In this document: piece by piece, positions 20,601 to 29,460 of the stretch
Numbering within the stretch: the first letter of the stretch is position 1
Layout: each line of letters begins with the position of its first letter
Assembly: GCA_043228905.1 (NCBI GenBank)
Contig: JBHGNT010000006.1
Location: 11,160,001 to 11,224,000, forward strand
DNA length: 64,000 nucleotides
Reading direction: 5' to 3'
Source: Azolla caroliniana
Taxonomy: Eukaryota; Plantae; Polypodiophyta
The notes under the pieces: model-generated
Database searches by the model: none
Seen by the model: only the letters and a program-made list of their open reading frames with translations
What the model was told of the DNA's origin: nothing
Position numbers and translations under genes: made by a program

Positions 20601-23114
20601 GTTCCGAAAAAGAATGGGAAAATTCGTGTATGTGTGGATTACAGAAAATTGAATGCAGCGACAATTACGGATGCGTTTCCATTACCATTCACAGATGGGA
20701 TATTAGATGCAGTAGCGGGACATGAAATTTATAGTTTCTTGGATGGCTTCAGTGGGTACAACCAGGTACGGATGAATCCGGAAGATCAGGAAAAGACAGC
20801 TTTCGTCACAGAATGGGGTGTCTTTGTGGCAGTAGTCATGATGTTCGGTTTAAAAACAGCTCCAGCTACATTTCAGCGGGTAATACAGGAAATATTCGGG
20901 GAATATATTCCAGCTTTCATGCAGGTGTTTTTAGACGATTTTGCAGTATATAGTCGGAAAGCGGATCATTTTGAGCATTTACGGCTATGTTTAGAAAAAT
21001 GTCGAAAAGGGCGTCTTAGTTTAAATCCAGCCAAATGCGCATTCGGGGTAATGAGTGGTACATTACTTGGGCATATTGTTAGTCAAGAAGGGATTGCAGT
21101 GGACCCGGATAAAGTTAAAGCAATTATTGAGGCAACACCACCAACAAATGCTAAAGCTCTAAGTAGATTTTTGGGTCAAATTCGGTGGCACAGTAGAATG
21201 ATGAGATATCTAGCAGACATTGCTATTCCGTTACACACAGCCGTACACAAAGTTCCTTTTATATGGACAAGTATAGAACAAGATGCGTACGAATGTCTCA
21301 AGAAAATGCTAACGAACGTACCGGTAGTTCAACCACCGGACTGGAACAAACCATTTCATGTTTTCGTCGATGCGTCGGACATTGCCATAGGCAGTGCTTT
21401 AATGCAATTATCCGAACCAAACTGGTATAGGCCGGTATACTATGCCAGTAGGAAACTTTCGTCGGCCGAAAGAAACTATTCAACAACCGAAAGAGAAGCT
21501 TTGGGAATGATATATAGTGTGAACAAATTTCGACATTACCTTTTGGGTAAGAAATTTACATTTCATGTGGATCATTCGGCTTTACTGTATCTAGTTTCCA
21601 AACAAGAATTGACAGGCAAGTTGGCCCGATGGACATTATTGCTTCAAGAGTTTGAGTTTGACATTATACACCGACCAGGAGCACAACACGCAATTGCTGA
21701 CTATCTCAGTCGGCTTGAGTCTGGAGAAGAAGCGGTTGGGGTTAAAGATGATTTTCCAGATACTCAAATATTTCGGGTGGAGGCCGTAAAAGCACATGAA
21801 GTGAATGAGGAAAAAGAGGATGAATGGATTTCCGAAATGACGATATTTCTATCAACAGGTATTCCGGCCGAACACATGTCGACAGATGAAAGAAAAAGAA
21901 TTGCAGTACGAAGTCGGAATTTTTGTTTATTTAATGACATGTTGTATCATAAAGGAGCGGATGGAATATGGCGAAGGGCAGTACGAAAATTTGAAAAATC
22001 AGCCATATTAACAGAGTCACATTGTGGAATTGCTGGCGGTCATTACGCAGGAGAAGCAACAGCCAGAAAAATATGGAATAGCGGGTTATGGTGGCCAACG
22101 GTGATGAAAGATGCTAACGAATATTGTAAAAAATGCGATTTGTGTCAAAGAATGGGGCAACCAACCGAAAAGGATCGAATGCCTTTTCAACCGGTTTTAC
22201 CTCTTGAGCCATTTCAGAAATGGGGCTTAGATTTTGTTGGCCCATTCAAACCAGCAGCTGCAAGAAGCGGTAATCGATATATCATAATTGCGACTGACTA
22301 TTGCACAAAATGGGTTGAAGCAAAAGCTCTCAGGGACAATACGGCAGCATCCACAGCAAAATTCCTATATGAGTATATATGGTGTCGATTCGGTTGCCCA
22401 ATAGAATTGGTAAGCGATCAAGGCACTCATTTTATTAACAAGTTAATTAACGAATTAACCAATTACTATGCCGTAGTTCATAAGAAAAGTACGCCTTACT
22501 ATCCCCAAGCTAATGGATTGGCAGAATCGACAAATAAAACAATTCAAACAATTTTAAAGAAGATAGTGAATGAAAATCGTACTGATTGGGATCAAAAGTT
22601 AAATAGTGCATTATGGGCATATCGTACTTCGTACAAAACATCCATTAAATCAACACCTTTCCGAATGGCATTCGGACTAGAAGCCGTTATGCCAATCGAA
22701 TTTCAAATTCCGACACTTCGTATCCAAGCAACGAATAAGTTAAATGAAATAGAATCGGAGCAGATACGCAAAGAGGCTTTATTAGTATTGGAAGAAGAAC
22801 GGATTCAAGCAATGTCAGCACTAGAACACAAGCAGAGACAAATCAAGGCATTCGTAAACCGACATCGAAGGAAATCGGAAGAGCAATTCGAAATTGGGAA
22901 ACCGGTATTGGTATTCCAGACGAGAATGGGACTTATGCCTGGGAAACTCCGGTATAGATGGACAGGTCCAGTATGGATAATTAATAGTAAAAATGGTACG
23001 TACCAACTGGGATCATTAACCGGAGAGGTTTTACCAAAATGGGTAAATGGATTTCGGCTTAAACCGTATTTGGGAGATATGCCGGTAAATCCGTTTATTC
23101 AAACGGAAGAGTAA
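17622..23114 (+). CDS. Gag-Pol polyprotein (Gag, 3 CCHC knuckles, Q/N-rich region, PR, RT, RNase H, INT), 1830 aa
   Basis: Uninterrupted ORF; IIDGGSG, VDYRKLN, FLDGFSGYNQ, FLDDF, VDASD, EREALG, H..H..C..C, GLDF, SDQG, GLAES, WTGP. Confidence 0.96.
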   Translation: MSYEEEAPVSCKRPRTRSVTKVGHQAFITQEQPESSTKWSKLPDLSDQLPSDEKQTEEVSFYDIWDDMPYTYSKFREGTDAEAHVRDFLTTWEINHGAQRLSADAEDKSKIAEFVLSLDGYSANWFAQNGLQGFPSFEVLTSKFLQLFHQQIPQKDLIAQFYALYQEKNETVSQFVIRFQNLQLQISRPIPDKELKEVFLEAVKEPLRTTLKVFDFRNQTIEQVIDKAIEMGRPPVNVQSMDMSALHRTLPTMEELQFRQAVQCTTCLNTGHSAIDCTLRTHCTICHSKLHSVEQCEYNLLNKTTASVRQIFADNGYQNNTNLFNGYQNNNFSQNQQNVQQNPVLQPNQIFSQQNLQPTPVTQAFQPSFAQSNPPFVQNPNQYFQQNNQSFQQGNPPFQGFQQNCPNVQPNSTFQPNPAFQPGNMTFQHNTQTVPQNNQMFQQSNFSPNQEFGIPHNIVQPNDNTEQFRPNRYKNKRFYKPKATRQYQQNSNGNEEQQFNNGQFAHGETSATFVPTCYICRQLGHYANQCPVKGKGPAVNMVIPEVQQVTTRSKSKQSEWEIQEEVRKAAKEWVDEANQSNVNRMLQDNNIDQDIAVQQSLENKEQEETWKLLADCQVSLPLKGLLKLVPRFTEKVAALITYKGSEQIAVHYNQPSNNPSIMDEQNPSIKVILYGQEIGNVIIDGGSGVNVINKTTCEKLGITEWEACPFWLRMADTSTVRPIGLLRQLDVIIGGHSFQISAVILQLEAQGAYPLLLGRPWLKTANIKQNWKQNVLTFRKGKNKVRIPTHNKVTTSKQSLPVYAEAVNMMEGLDEEEESQYFDDNQKIIPLFEVDILQALTPYVDSHEEVPIDEQTIKEIRMQQEATDKELQVSQRVQASALEEIDLAGVEDAERKTILIARDLMENDKRTLTTLLLQYKDVFAWSFDDMKGLDPAFCQHQINLHKDAKPVQQRRYRLNPNYAIKVKEEIDKLLKVGFIRPVKKSTWLSPIVVVPKKNGKIRVCVDYRKLNAATITDAFPLPFTDGILDAVAGHEIYSFLDGFSGYNQVRMNPEDQEKTAFVTEWGVFVAVVMMFGLKTAPATFQRVIQEIFGEYIPAFMQVFLDDFAVYSRKADHFEHLRLCLEKCRKGRLSLNPAKCAFGVMSGTLLGHIVSQEGIAVDPDKVKAIIEATPPTNAKALSRFLGQIRWHSRMMRYLADIAIPLHTAVHKVPFIWTSIEQDAYECLKKMLTNVPVVQPPDWNKPFHVFVDASDIAIGSALMQLSEPNWYRPVYYASRKLSSAERNYSTTEREALGMIYSVNKFRHYLLGKKFTFHVDHSALLYLVSKQELTGKLARWTLLLQEFEFDIIHRPGAQHAIADYLSRLESGEEAVGVKDDFPDTQIFRVEAVKAHEVNEEKEDEWISEMTIFLSTGIPAEHMSTDERKRIAVRSRNFCLFNDMLYHKGADGIWRRAVRKFEKSAILTESHCGIAGGHYAGEATARKIWNSGLWWPTVMKDANEYCKKCDLCQRMGQPTEKDRMPFQPVLPLEPFQKWGLDFVGPFKPAAARSGNRYIIIATDYCTKWVEAKALRDNTAASTAKFLYEYIWCRFGCPIELVSDQGTHFINKLINELTNYYAVVHKKSTPYYPQANGLAESTNKTIQTILKKIVNENRTDWDQKLNSALWAYRTSYKTSIKSTPFRMAFGLEAVMPIEFQIPTLRIQATNKLNEIESEQIRKEALLVLEEERIQAMSALEHKQRQIKAFVNRHRRKSEEQFEIGKPVLVFQTRMGLMPGKLRYRWTGPVWIINSKNGTYQLGSLTGEVLPKWVNGFRLKPYLGDMPVNPFIQTEE

Positions 23115-23116
23115 AG

Positions 23117-23119
<3 letters not shown>

Positions 23120-23153
<34 letters not shown>
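23120..23153 (+). repeat. Poly(A) tract (A34) between pol and ORF2
   Basis: Seen directly, 5 nt after pol stop. Confidence 0.9.
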
Positions 23154-23155
<2 letters not shown>

Positions 23156-23330
23156 AACTAACTCAATAGTTCTTGTCAAAAGTGAAATACAATCTTGCCA
23201 TAAACAATATGAATCGACTATAAATAGAAAGAGGAATTGCATGATTATTAGTAACAAGTACAACCACTACACGTAGAGTGAATACTAATTAATTCCTACA
23301 TTAATAGTAATTACTATTCTTTAAGTCATC

Positions 23331-25958
23331 ATGCATAAATTAATATCTTTAAAACATATTTCTGTATCGTCTGTATCGCCAAAACAACGAAAACGAGTGC
23401 AGATATCGAAACAGTCTGAGCTTCCTTCGTGCCCTAGATCGCCCAAACTCTGTTTTTCTGATTTTCATCACTACAGAAACTGTGCAGATCCGCAACTGTC
23501 ATCGACAAGTGATTCAGAACAAGGAAACACAGAAGTCATGCCGATTCCTGTATCTGAAGAACTGCGATTGTGGCTTCATGAGAGAAACTTACAAGGTTTC
23601 ATCAAAATAGCAGAAGCAGAACCTCATCCGCAGGCGGAAGAATTGATACAACAAATAGACATCACCAAAATCACAACAAAGAAAATACGAAATGCATTAC
23701 AGATGCCAAGAGGAGGTTTTGAGGCAGTTAAAAAACCTTCATCAGAAGCACTCCAATCGTATTTCGGGGAATACTCACCCTCGGCAAAAGCATATCAGAC
23801 TTATGGAGGTCGGGATGAGTTTTTTCATGAAGTGGCTAGATTTTTATTAGAGGTGGGATTTGTCAGTCCTCGTTTTTATTGTATGCCGAAAAAAAGGGCT
23901 GGGTTTATCATAGCCGCATACGAAAAAGAGGATTTCAACTGGCCACTATTGTCGGGGGAAGCTCTGAGAGAGCAGCTACAAGGGGTAAAAACAGGAAAAC
24001 CGATGAAGCAAATTTTTGGCCGTTGGTTATCAGTATTGTTTCCGATTCAAGAATCGGAAACTCCTGTTCAGTCAAGAAGACCACCGATAATACAAGCACC
24101 ACGAAGACACCGACAGCTAGTACATGAAGAATGGATAGAAGAAGAATCGGCACATGCCGATAATATACAAACAAATATGTCTCAGTCGGAACCGCCTAGA
24201 CCAGAGAATTCCGAAAACAGGCAACCGGAAACAGTTGACAATTTGAGAAACAAGCAACGGCCAACAGAAAATCGACAAAGAACAAGGATTAAACAAAAGG
24301 CTAATCGGCAATCACAACCAGAAAATAGGGAGGGCTCAGCACCAAAAAGGCAACGCACAAATGAAATCTCGAATACGCCTGTGGTAACAGAAATATTAAA
24401 ACCAGGGGATGAGAGCATTCCGACACAACCTCACCAAGGACAATCTTCAAAAGTAGCCATTCGGGAGGCACATGGATACTTGGATATTCCACCAGCAGCA
24501 CATGAATTAGCGGCCATTTTGCAGTTCGGAACTTCATACGAACTGGTTGAATGGTTGGCTAAAAGACTGACAGAAGTATCAGAAAGGCTGGCTCAAGAAC
24601 ATAATGACCGAATAATGATACAGAAAGCTTTACGAGGAGTGTTGGAACCTCAAGAAAAAGCAGAGATAGAGAAAATAGGCCGGAAAAGAAGTGCACAGCA
24701 TAGAGGGGAGGCTATTGAAATGCCCCCATTACATGAAGCACTGGTCGAAATTCATAAAGAATATGAAACGGCACGCAAAGCAGCCAGTGATATGGCTGAA
24801 AGATACAAAAGTGTATCAGCATCGGCGGAGGTGCTGAAGCATCAGTTTTGTAACATACAAGCAGAAAATAAAGAACTAAAGGAAAGTCTAAACAAATGGG
24901 AAACTCAGGCACGGCTTATGGTGTCGGAATCAGAATGGCAACAGAAATTAGAAGATACGGAGAAAGCACGACAAGCAGAAACAACAAGGGCCAACAATGC
25001 AGTATTTCGAACTATAGAGTTAGAAAAACAAATAGAAACCATTCAGAATGGTCAATACAAAGCTCTCGAAGAAAAAAATCAAGTAATAAACGAATTACAG
25101 AAAAATCTAGAAGAAGCTAAGACGGCCAATCACACATATACCGAACAAATTGAAGAATTCGAAAGGTATATAGTGTCACAGGAAAGTCAATTGACAGAAA
25201 AACAGCAGAATCTTGAAGAAGTCAACAGAAGAATGACGGAACAGCAGGAGGAATGGAGTAGAGAGAAATCGGCATTCGAACAACAACTGGACGAAATTCG
25301 GAAGATAGCGGAACAAAGACGGCTGGATATATATGTAGTCGAATCCAAATTAATGCGAGCTGAAAGTGAGAACCGAACCACTATTACGGATTTACAGAAA
25401 GAGTTGCAAACCGCCCAGTACGTTGCAAGCATCACTAGGGACAAAGTGCAGCACATCATAGGTAAACATCGAAACCTAGCAAAGAAACTGATCGATGAAT
25501 CCCTTGCGCAAGGATGGAAGTTATGGACAGCACAAGCAGCGGAATTACAGATATTGCGTGCCGACAAAAATAACCGTCAGGTACAAGGTGCAGGTTTTTT
25601 TAAAATGGCACAAAAGGATATTGACAATATACAAGAGGATATCATGAAAGATATGGATGAAATTGCGGCATTTTACAGAGAAGAAATTCAACGTATTATG
25701 CAAGAATTTGACAAAAATGATATAGGCACTTCCGTCCAGTTGGATAAAATTGAAGCCGAAAGAACCAGCAAGACTCCGGGTATTCAAGCTGCCGGAAGAA
25801 GTGAACCAGAGCAGCCAACCGAATCACAACCTGCTCCGAAGGAGGACTGTGACACAGACGAAGATGAAGAAGAAGATATAGGTGGAATACATCCAAGGCC
25901 AGATGAACCTTCGATTTTTGATATTCTGAACGATTCGGATGAAGAGCTACAGGAATAG
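23331..25958 (+). CDS. Extra ORF2 of D, 875 aa (alternative start 23538): globular N-domain, disordered linker, long coiled coil, acidic tail
   Basis: Intact sense ORF between INT and 3' LTR; E/K/Q-rich heptad-like stretch ~aa 400-800; no obvious hydrophobic TM segment. Confidence 0.85.
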   Translation: MHKLISLKHISVSSVSPKQRKRVQISKQSELPSCPRSPKLCFSDFHHYRNCADPQLSSTSDSEQGNTEVMPIPVSEELRLWLHERNLQGFIKIAEAEPHPQAEELIQQIDITKITTKKIRNALQMPRGGFEAVKKPSSEALQSYFGEYSPSAKAYQTYGGRDEFFHEVARFLLEVGFVSPRFYCMPKKRAGFIIAAYEKEDFNWPLLSGEALREQLQGVKTGKPMKQIFGRWLSVLFPIQESETPVQSRRPPIIQAPRRHRQLVHEEWIEEESAHADNIQTNMSQSEPPRPENSENRQPETVDNLRNKQRPTENRQRTRIKQKANRQSQPENREGSAPKRQRTNEISNTPVVTEILKPGDESIPTQPHQGQSSKVAIREAHGYLDIPPAAHELAAILQFGTSYELVEWLAKRLTEVSERLAQEHNDRIMIQKALRGVLEPQEKAEIEKIGRKRSAQHRGEAIEMPPLHEALVEIHKEYETARKAASDMAERYKSVSASAEVLKHQFCNIQAENKELKESLNKWETQARLMVSESEWQQKLEDTEKARQAETTRANNAVFRTIELEKQIETIQNGQYKALEEKNQVINELQKNLEEAKTANHTYTEQIEEFERYIVSQESQLTEKQQNLEEVNRRMTEQQEEWSREKSAFEQQLDEIRKIAEQRRLDIYVVESKLMRAESENRTTITDLQKELQTAQYVASITRDKVQHIIGKHRNLAKKLIDESLAQGWKLWTAQAAELQILRADKNNRQVQGAGFFKMAQKDIDNIQEDIMKDMDEIAAFYREEIQRIMQEFDKNDIGTSVQLDKIEAERTSKTPGIQAAGRSEPEQPTESQPAPKEDCDTDEDEEEDIGGIHPRPDEPSIFDILNDSDEELQE

Positions 25959-26002
25959 GCGTGGGTTCGCCGGACAAGGTCCTGGCCCACGTGCGTGCCA
26001 AG
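25959..26002. other. tRNA-3'-end-like hairpin / antisense PBS in the PPT position
   Basis: CGTGGG-TTCG-..GGAC-AAG-GTCC..-CCCACG then TGCGTGCCA, AG, LTR; no purine tract. Confidence 0.6.
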
Positions 26003-26458
26003 TGTTACCCGGACCCGGACAGTCAGTTTTACCGAACAGGTGGGAAAGCGTCGAAAAACAGAGTCGGTTCGGATCGACTGTTCGGATCAATGACTCAGCA
26101 GTAAAACGAAGAGAACTAAGTTAGTTAGATAATTTTGTAAATCTTGTTAGAGAGTAGGAATAGTTCTTGATGAGAAAAGACCTTCGGTATACCTATAAAA
26201 GGGAACCAAAGGCATTGTAAGAAAGGTCGTTTTATTTAGTAATATAAGTTTAAGTTAGGAATATCTTGTACGGCTTTTGTGTTTCTTTGTTGTCTATGAT
26301 CTTAAGTGCAAGCTTCCTAATTTATAGCTAAATAACGATCACGATAATTACCGATTAATATAGCAATTCCGTTCGTAAAACACAATTCCTTGTTAGAACG
26401 TTGAGTAGCGACGTTCACTCTTCTGTATCGGTAGTAGTTAGTAATTAGCCGATTAACA
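26003..26458 (+). repeat. 3' LTR of D
   Basis: Near-identical to 17107-17562; followed by TSD AGTAC. Confidence 0.96.
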
Positions 26459-26463
26459 AGTAC

Positions 26464-27534
26464 CGGGCCGCTACCGTTGCCACTTGTGAAGCCATCTGGC
26501 TTCTGCGACTGCTGCGAGACTTGCGGATCGAGGTACCGACCCCGATCCCGATTTATTGCGATAACATGAGCAGCCTGCAGCTCACGAGGAACCCTGTGTT
26601 CCATGCTCGCACAAAGCACATCGAGGTGCACTACCACTTCGTGCGTGAGCGGGTCCTGAGCGGTGAAGTTGACCTACGGTATGTTCATACGGATCGGCAA
26701 GTTGCCGACATCTTCACCAAACCGCTCGGAACGGACAAGTTGCAACACTTTACCGACATGCTTGGTATTCAGCATCTCGACGTGCCGCACTTGAGGGGAA
26801 GAAGCAAGGGCAAAGTCTCTACCAAAACGGGCAAAGGCCAAAAACCTGTTGAACCCGTCGGTAAGAGGAGAGCCGGAAGAAGAGGAGAGAAGAAGCTGAA
26901 GGAAGCCGAGTCGACGAAGGAAGTCGACACATCCGAACAGGTCGGAGCAAGTGGATGTGAAGAAGAGTTGTGCACTCAGGAAGAGAAGCGCATGCTGTAC
27001 GGAGGTCATCACGACGGTACTGACCATGATGCAGAGTCGAATGAAGAATTCGATTTCGGTTCACTGGCTGAAGAAGCCGAGGGAAGCATGGAGAAGGCCA
27101 AGACTCGGAAGTGGTCCGATGTGGTGAGAGGCCTGACACCGGAAGTCGAATCGGAGTGTACCGATTCGGACAAGAGCTGGAACGAGTCAGAGACAGCTGA
27201 CTCGGATCAACAGATGGATCCGGATGAAATGGATCGACTGAAGGCCAATGGGACACGGACACAAAGGAAGTCGATGCCATCGTGGGAGAACCGACGGATC
27301 GGCAAGCGCCGGAGTCACAGCAACGTGACTGCTGAGATGGGCCGATTGAGCAGACATACCGACCGAGAGGGTCAAGGCGTGCAGAACCAAAGGTGTCGCG
27401 GCAAACGGGACCGGACCGGACGAGGAGCGCGAGCAAGGCGGAGTGTCGCCAGGAGAAGTCGGTTGGAAGAACCGACTGCCACAGAGGTCGACATTGCGAC
27501 CCCACCTCAGGTTGAGCTTGAGGGGGAGTGTTGA
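26464..27534 (+). pseudogene. Copia RNase H C-terminus of B with long charged in-frame extension
   Basis: [29 protein letters not shown], then ~250 aa ending ELEGEC* across the PPT. Confidence 0.88.
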
Positions 27535-27858
27535 GCGGCAAGCTCAACCGGAGCCGGATTGGCTGAATAAGCCGGAGCCGGTAAGCGAGACGGATTGGGC
27601 GAAACGGATCGGTATGACGGTGAGCAACCGAACCGGCAAGCAGTGGAGGCCGGGTGCAATCCGTAACCGGCAGTCCAATCAGAAGCCTAGTATAGGATAG
27701 ACCACTAGGTAGCTATAGTCTCGTAGTAAGTGTCAGATGCTCGTGTGAGCATTGAAGTACATGGTACTTCTGTCAGTCCCAAGAGGACTTGTATAAATAG
27801 TGCTACTTAGCACAGTGTGTTGTTAAGGAGTCTTGATATAATTTTGAAATTGTGTTCT

Positions 27859-27894
<36 letters not shown>

Positions 27895-27933
27895 GTTCTC
27901 TGTTTTACGCTTCCGCAAACACTTACGTTTACA
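27529..27933 (+). repeat. Copia LTR type 2 (same subfamily as 56713-57134)
   Basis: After PPT GAGGGGGAG; TGTTGAG...TTTACA; (CT)n tract. Confidence 0.9.
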
Positions 27934-28191
27934 GTAGTTAATGTCTCGTAGTTAGTTTCAAACTCTCATGTGAGCATTGAAGTACACCGTACTTCTGTCA
28001 ATCCTCTTAGGATTTGTATAAATAGTGTTGTTCAGCACGTTGAATGTACAGAGTTTTAGAGTTATTTTGAGTAGAGTTTTTATGTTCTGCTCTCTCTGTC
28101 TCTCCTACATACCCTCTGTGTGATAATCTCTCTCTCTGTTGCTACCTGGGTAGGCCAGTTTGTCTGACGCTTCCACACATAATTTTTTACA
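27934..28191 (+). repeat. 3' portion of Copia LTR type 1
   Basis: Homologous to 6641-6897. Confidence 0.88.
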
Positions 28192-28963
28192 TATCCGAAG
28201 CACCGCGGAAGGCATCCGTGAAGCTATGGGATGGGAGTGCCCCGTCGATAAGAATAGCGTGTACGCCTTATCTCAATTGCATGAAGTGTATATAGACAAG
28301 AAACGATGGCGCACGGATGATGCGGCCGGACCATCGAAGACACCGGAAAGATGGAACTCCGGAGGGAAGGGAAAAGAAAAGACGATTCCGGCATTCAAGC
28401 TCGCCTCGGACATAGAACAACAAACGGACTTGAAAAAGGTGTTCGAGGAGAGAATCCTCGATAGCCAAGTAGAATTTTCGCTTCGGGAATTACTCGGAAT
28501 AGAGATGAAGGAGTTCCACGATCTTCTTGTGGGTCTCGTGAAGAGAAAAAGACAAAGTACAGAGGAAAATGCTCCAAGGGTGAATGCAAATACCATTTTA
28601 ATGAATGACACCTAATTGGAGGACAAAATTCCGAACTCCCACTACAGAAGGCCACATTGGGCATGTGCAACTACGGAGACTCCGGTCCGAATCGGCAACA
28701 TCAAAGAGCCCGTGCTAGCATTGATTGATCACGGATCGGAGATCAACTTGATGTCCAAGGAGTTCTACCGAAACGGGAAGTGGCCTATTAATACTAATCA
28801 TGGATGGAAGATAGGGGCAGCCACTAAAGCAACAGAAGGCCTATTTGCGGCTTGTCCGGATGTGACGGTGAAGATCGGAGATGTAGAGATAGACCAAAAT
28901 TTATTTGTGCAAGATGAGGTCTCACACTCCGTCATCCTCGGACAACCCTTTATCATGGCATCA
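28192..28963 (+). pseudogene. gag C-terminus and protease of A
   Basis: FKLASDIEQQ, ALIDHGSEINLM, VILGQPF. Confidence 0.85.
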
Positions 28964-29390
28964 TGTCATGATATGGCAAGACTCGAACCCATAACCTTAT
29001 GGTATATGGGTCGAGCTGTAATTCATAGGATATTATTTTCATTTATGTTTTATTGTAAGAAAGTAATGTATATTCCAGATTTCTCTGGAACATTCTAGAA
29101 GTTTCAGGATTACTCCTGACAACACTATAAAAGAAGGCACTAGGCATTATGTTGAACCAAATTGGTTCAACACCAGTCTTAAGTCTCTTAGCCGATTTGT
29201 ACTTATCTTTCATATAATATAAGAGTTGTTGTCATCATCCTTCTCTCTCTCTCATTCTCGCTATCTCTCTTTTTGCTTCTCTCTTTCTCTCTCTCTCGGG
29301 AGTCTTACGCAGTCCCGTCCTCTTAGTACTAATAGTATTACTCTTCTTTAGTACTAATTCCATCTCTGCTTTAGTACTATTCCTGACAGT

Positions 29391-29402
29391 TTGAACCAAT
29401 TT
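29391..29402 (+). promoter_or_regulatory. Self-priming PBS
   Basis: TTGAACCAATTT is the exact reverse complement of AAATTGGTTCAA at 29159-29170, ~30 nt after TATAAAAG (29126). Confidence 0.85.
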
Positions 29403-29460
29403 CCCGGTCCTCCAACCTACTTGTCGTTCTCCCTCATCCTCCTACCCTTTTCCCTATACT

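Larger units (their letters stand above)
17107..26458 (+). mobile_element. Young intact Ty3/Gypsy non-chromovirus D (Athila/Tat-superclade-like) with extra ORF
   Basis: 456-bp LTRs 17107-17562 and 26003-26458 with 2 differences by eye; perfect TSD AGTAC; two intact long ORFs. Confidence 0.96.
6483..28191 (+). mobile_element. Ty1/Copia element B (chimera of two subfamilies), contains C and D
   Basis: 5' LTR 6483-6897, iMet PBS, gag-PR-INT-RT-RH order; right end is LTR 27529-27933 plus partial LTR 27934-28191; imperfect TSD GATCT/TATCC; host gag rejoins as NEIRSTAE. Confidence 0.85.

Noticed and set aside
23331-25958. Envelope gene
   Set aside because: No evident signal peptide or transmembrane helix; mostly charged coiled coil
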